In this document: positions 63,851 through 64,000 of the stretch, piece by piece
Layout: every line of letters begins with the position of its first letter
Position numbering within the stretch: the first letter of the stretch is position 1
Assembly (NCBI RefSeq): GCF_001194135.2
Contig: NC_068981.1
Location: 135,116,458-135,180,457, forward strand
Direction of reading: 5' to 3'
Length of the DNA stretch: 64,000 bases
Origin: Octopus bimaculoides
Taxonomy: Eukaryota
Made by a program: the position numbers and the translations under genes
Notes under the pieces: model-generated
The model's database searches: none
Seen by the model: only the letters and a program-made list of their open reading frames with translations
What the model was told of the DNA's origin: nothing

Positions 63851-64000
63851 TGAACCTCAAGTAAAGTTGTTTGTTGCCAACTAAAATACTGAAAATGAAA
63901 ATCTTATGAGCCAAAACTGCCCATATTTAAATTTTAAAATAATAAATCTTAGAAGAGTTAAACTATCCAGTGTCAAATGTATTGAAAATGTGAGGTATAA

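Overview
AT-rich, repeat-dense animal genomic DNA from a gapped scaffold with six N-runs. The repeat families suggest an octopus or other coleoid cephalopod, but that is recognition only, not verified. Two convergent multi-exon genes can be rebuilt exon by exon with canonical GT-AG junctions and continuous frames. (1) On +, the 3' part of SUCO (SUN-domain ossification factor, SLP1/OPT family): 11 coding exons from 677 to the stop at 19984, about 1014 aa, with the 5' part upstream of the window. (2) On -, a LARP4/4B orthologue (La motif + RRM, FPPLP, LSDVV and LSYAQ motifs): 14 coding exons from 55608 to the stop at 40551, about 937 aa, with the first coding exon not resolved and a probable ~7 kb TE-free 3'UTR. 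Introns and the intergenic space hold tRNA-type SINEs, RTE-tail-like repeats, decayed piggyBac, mariner and Tc1 transposases, a Helitron-like 3' end and several MITE types. Two of these are GG-ended elements with 8-bp target-site duplications, one carrying telomere-like repeats. I found no rRNA, no genuine tRNA gene, no CRISPR array and no clearly new multi-gene system. The best leads are uncharacterised small transposons and possible RNA-level regulation (dsRNA hairpins, tandem splice donors, long UTR). Most of the short ORFs in the supplied track are spurious.
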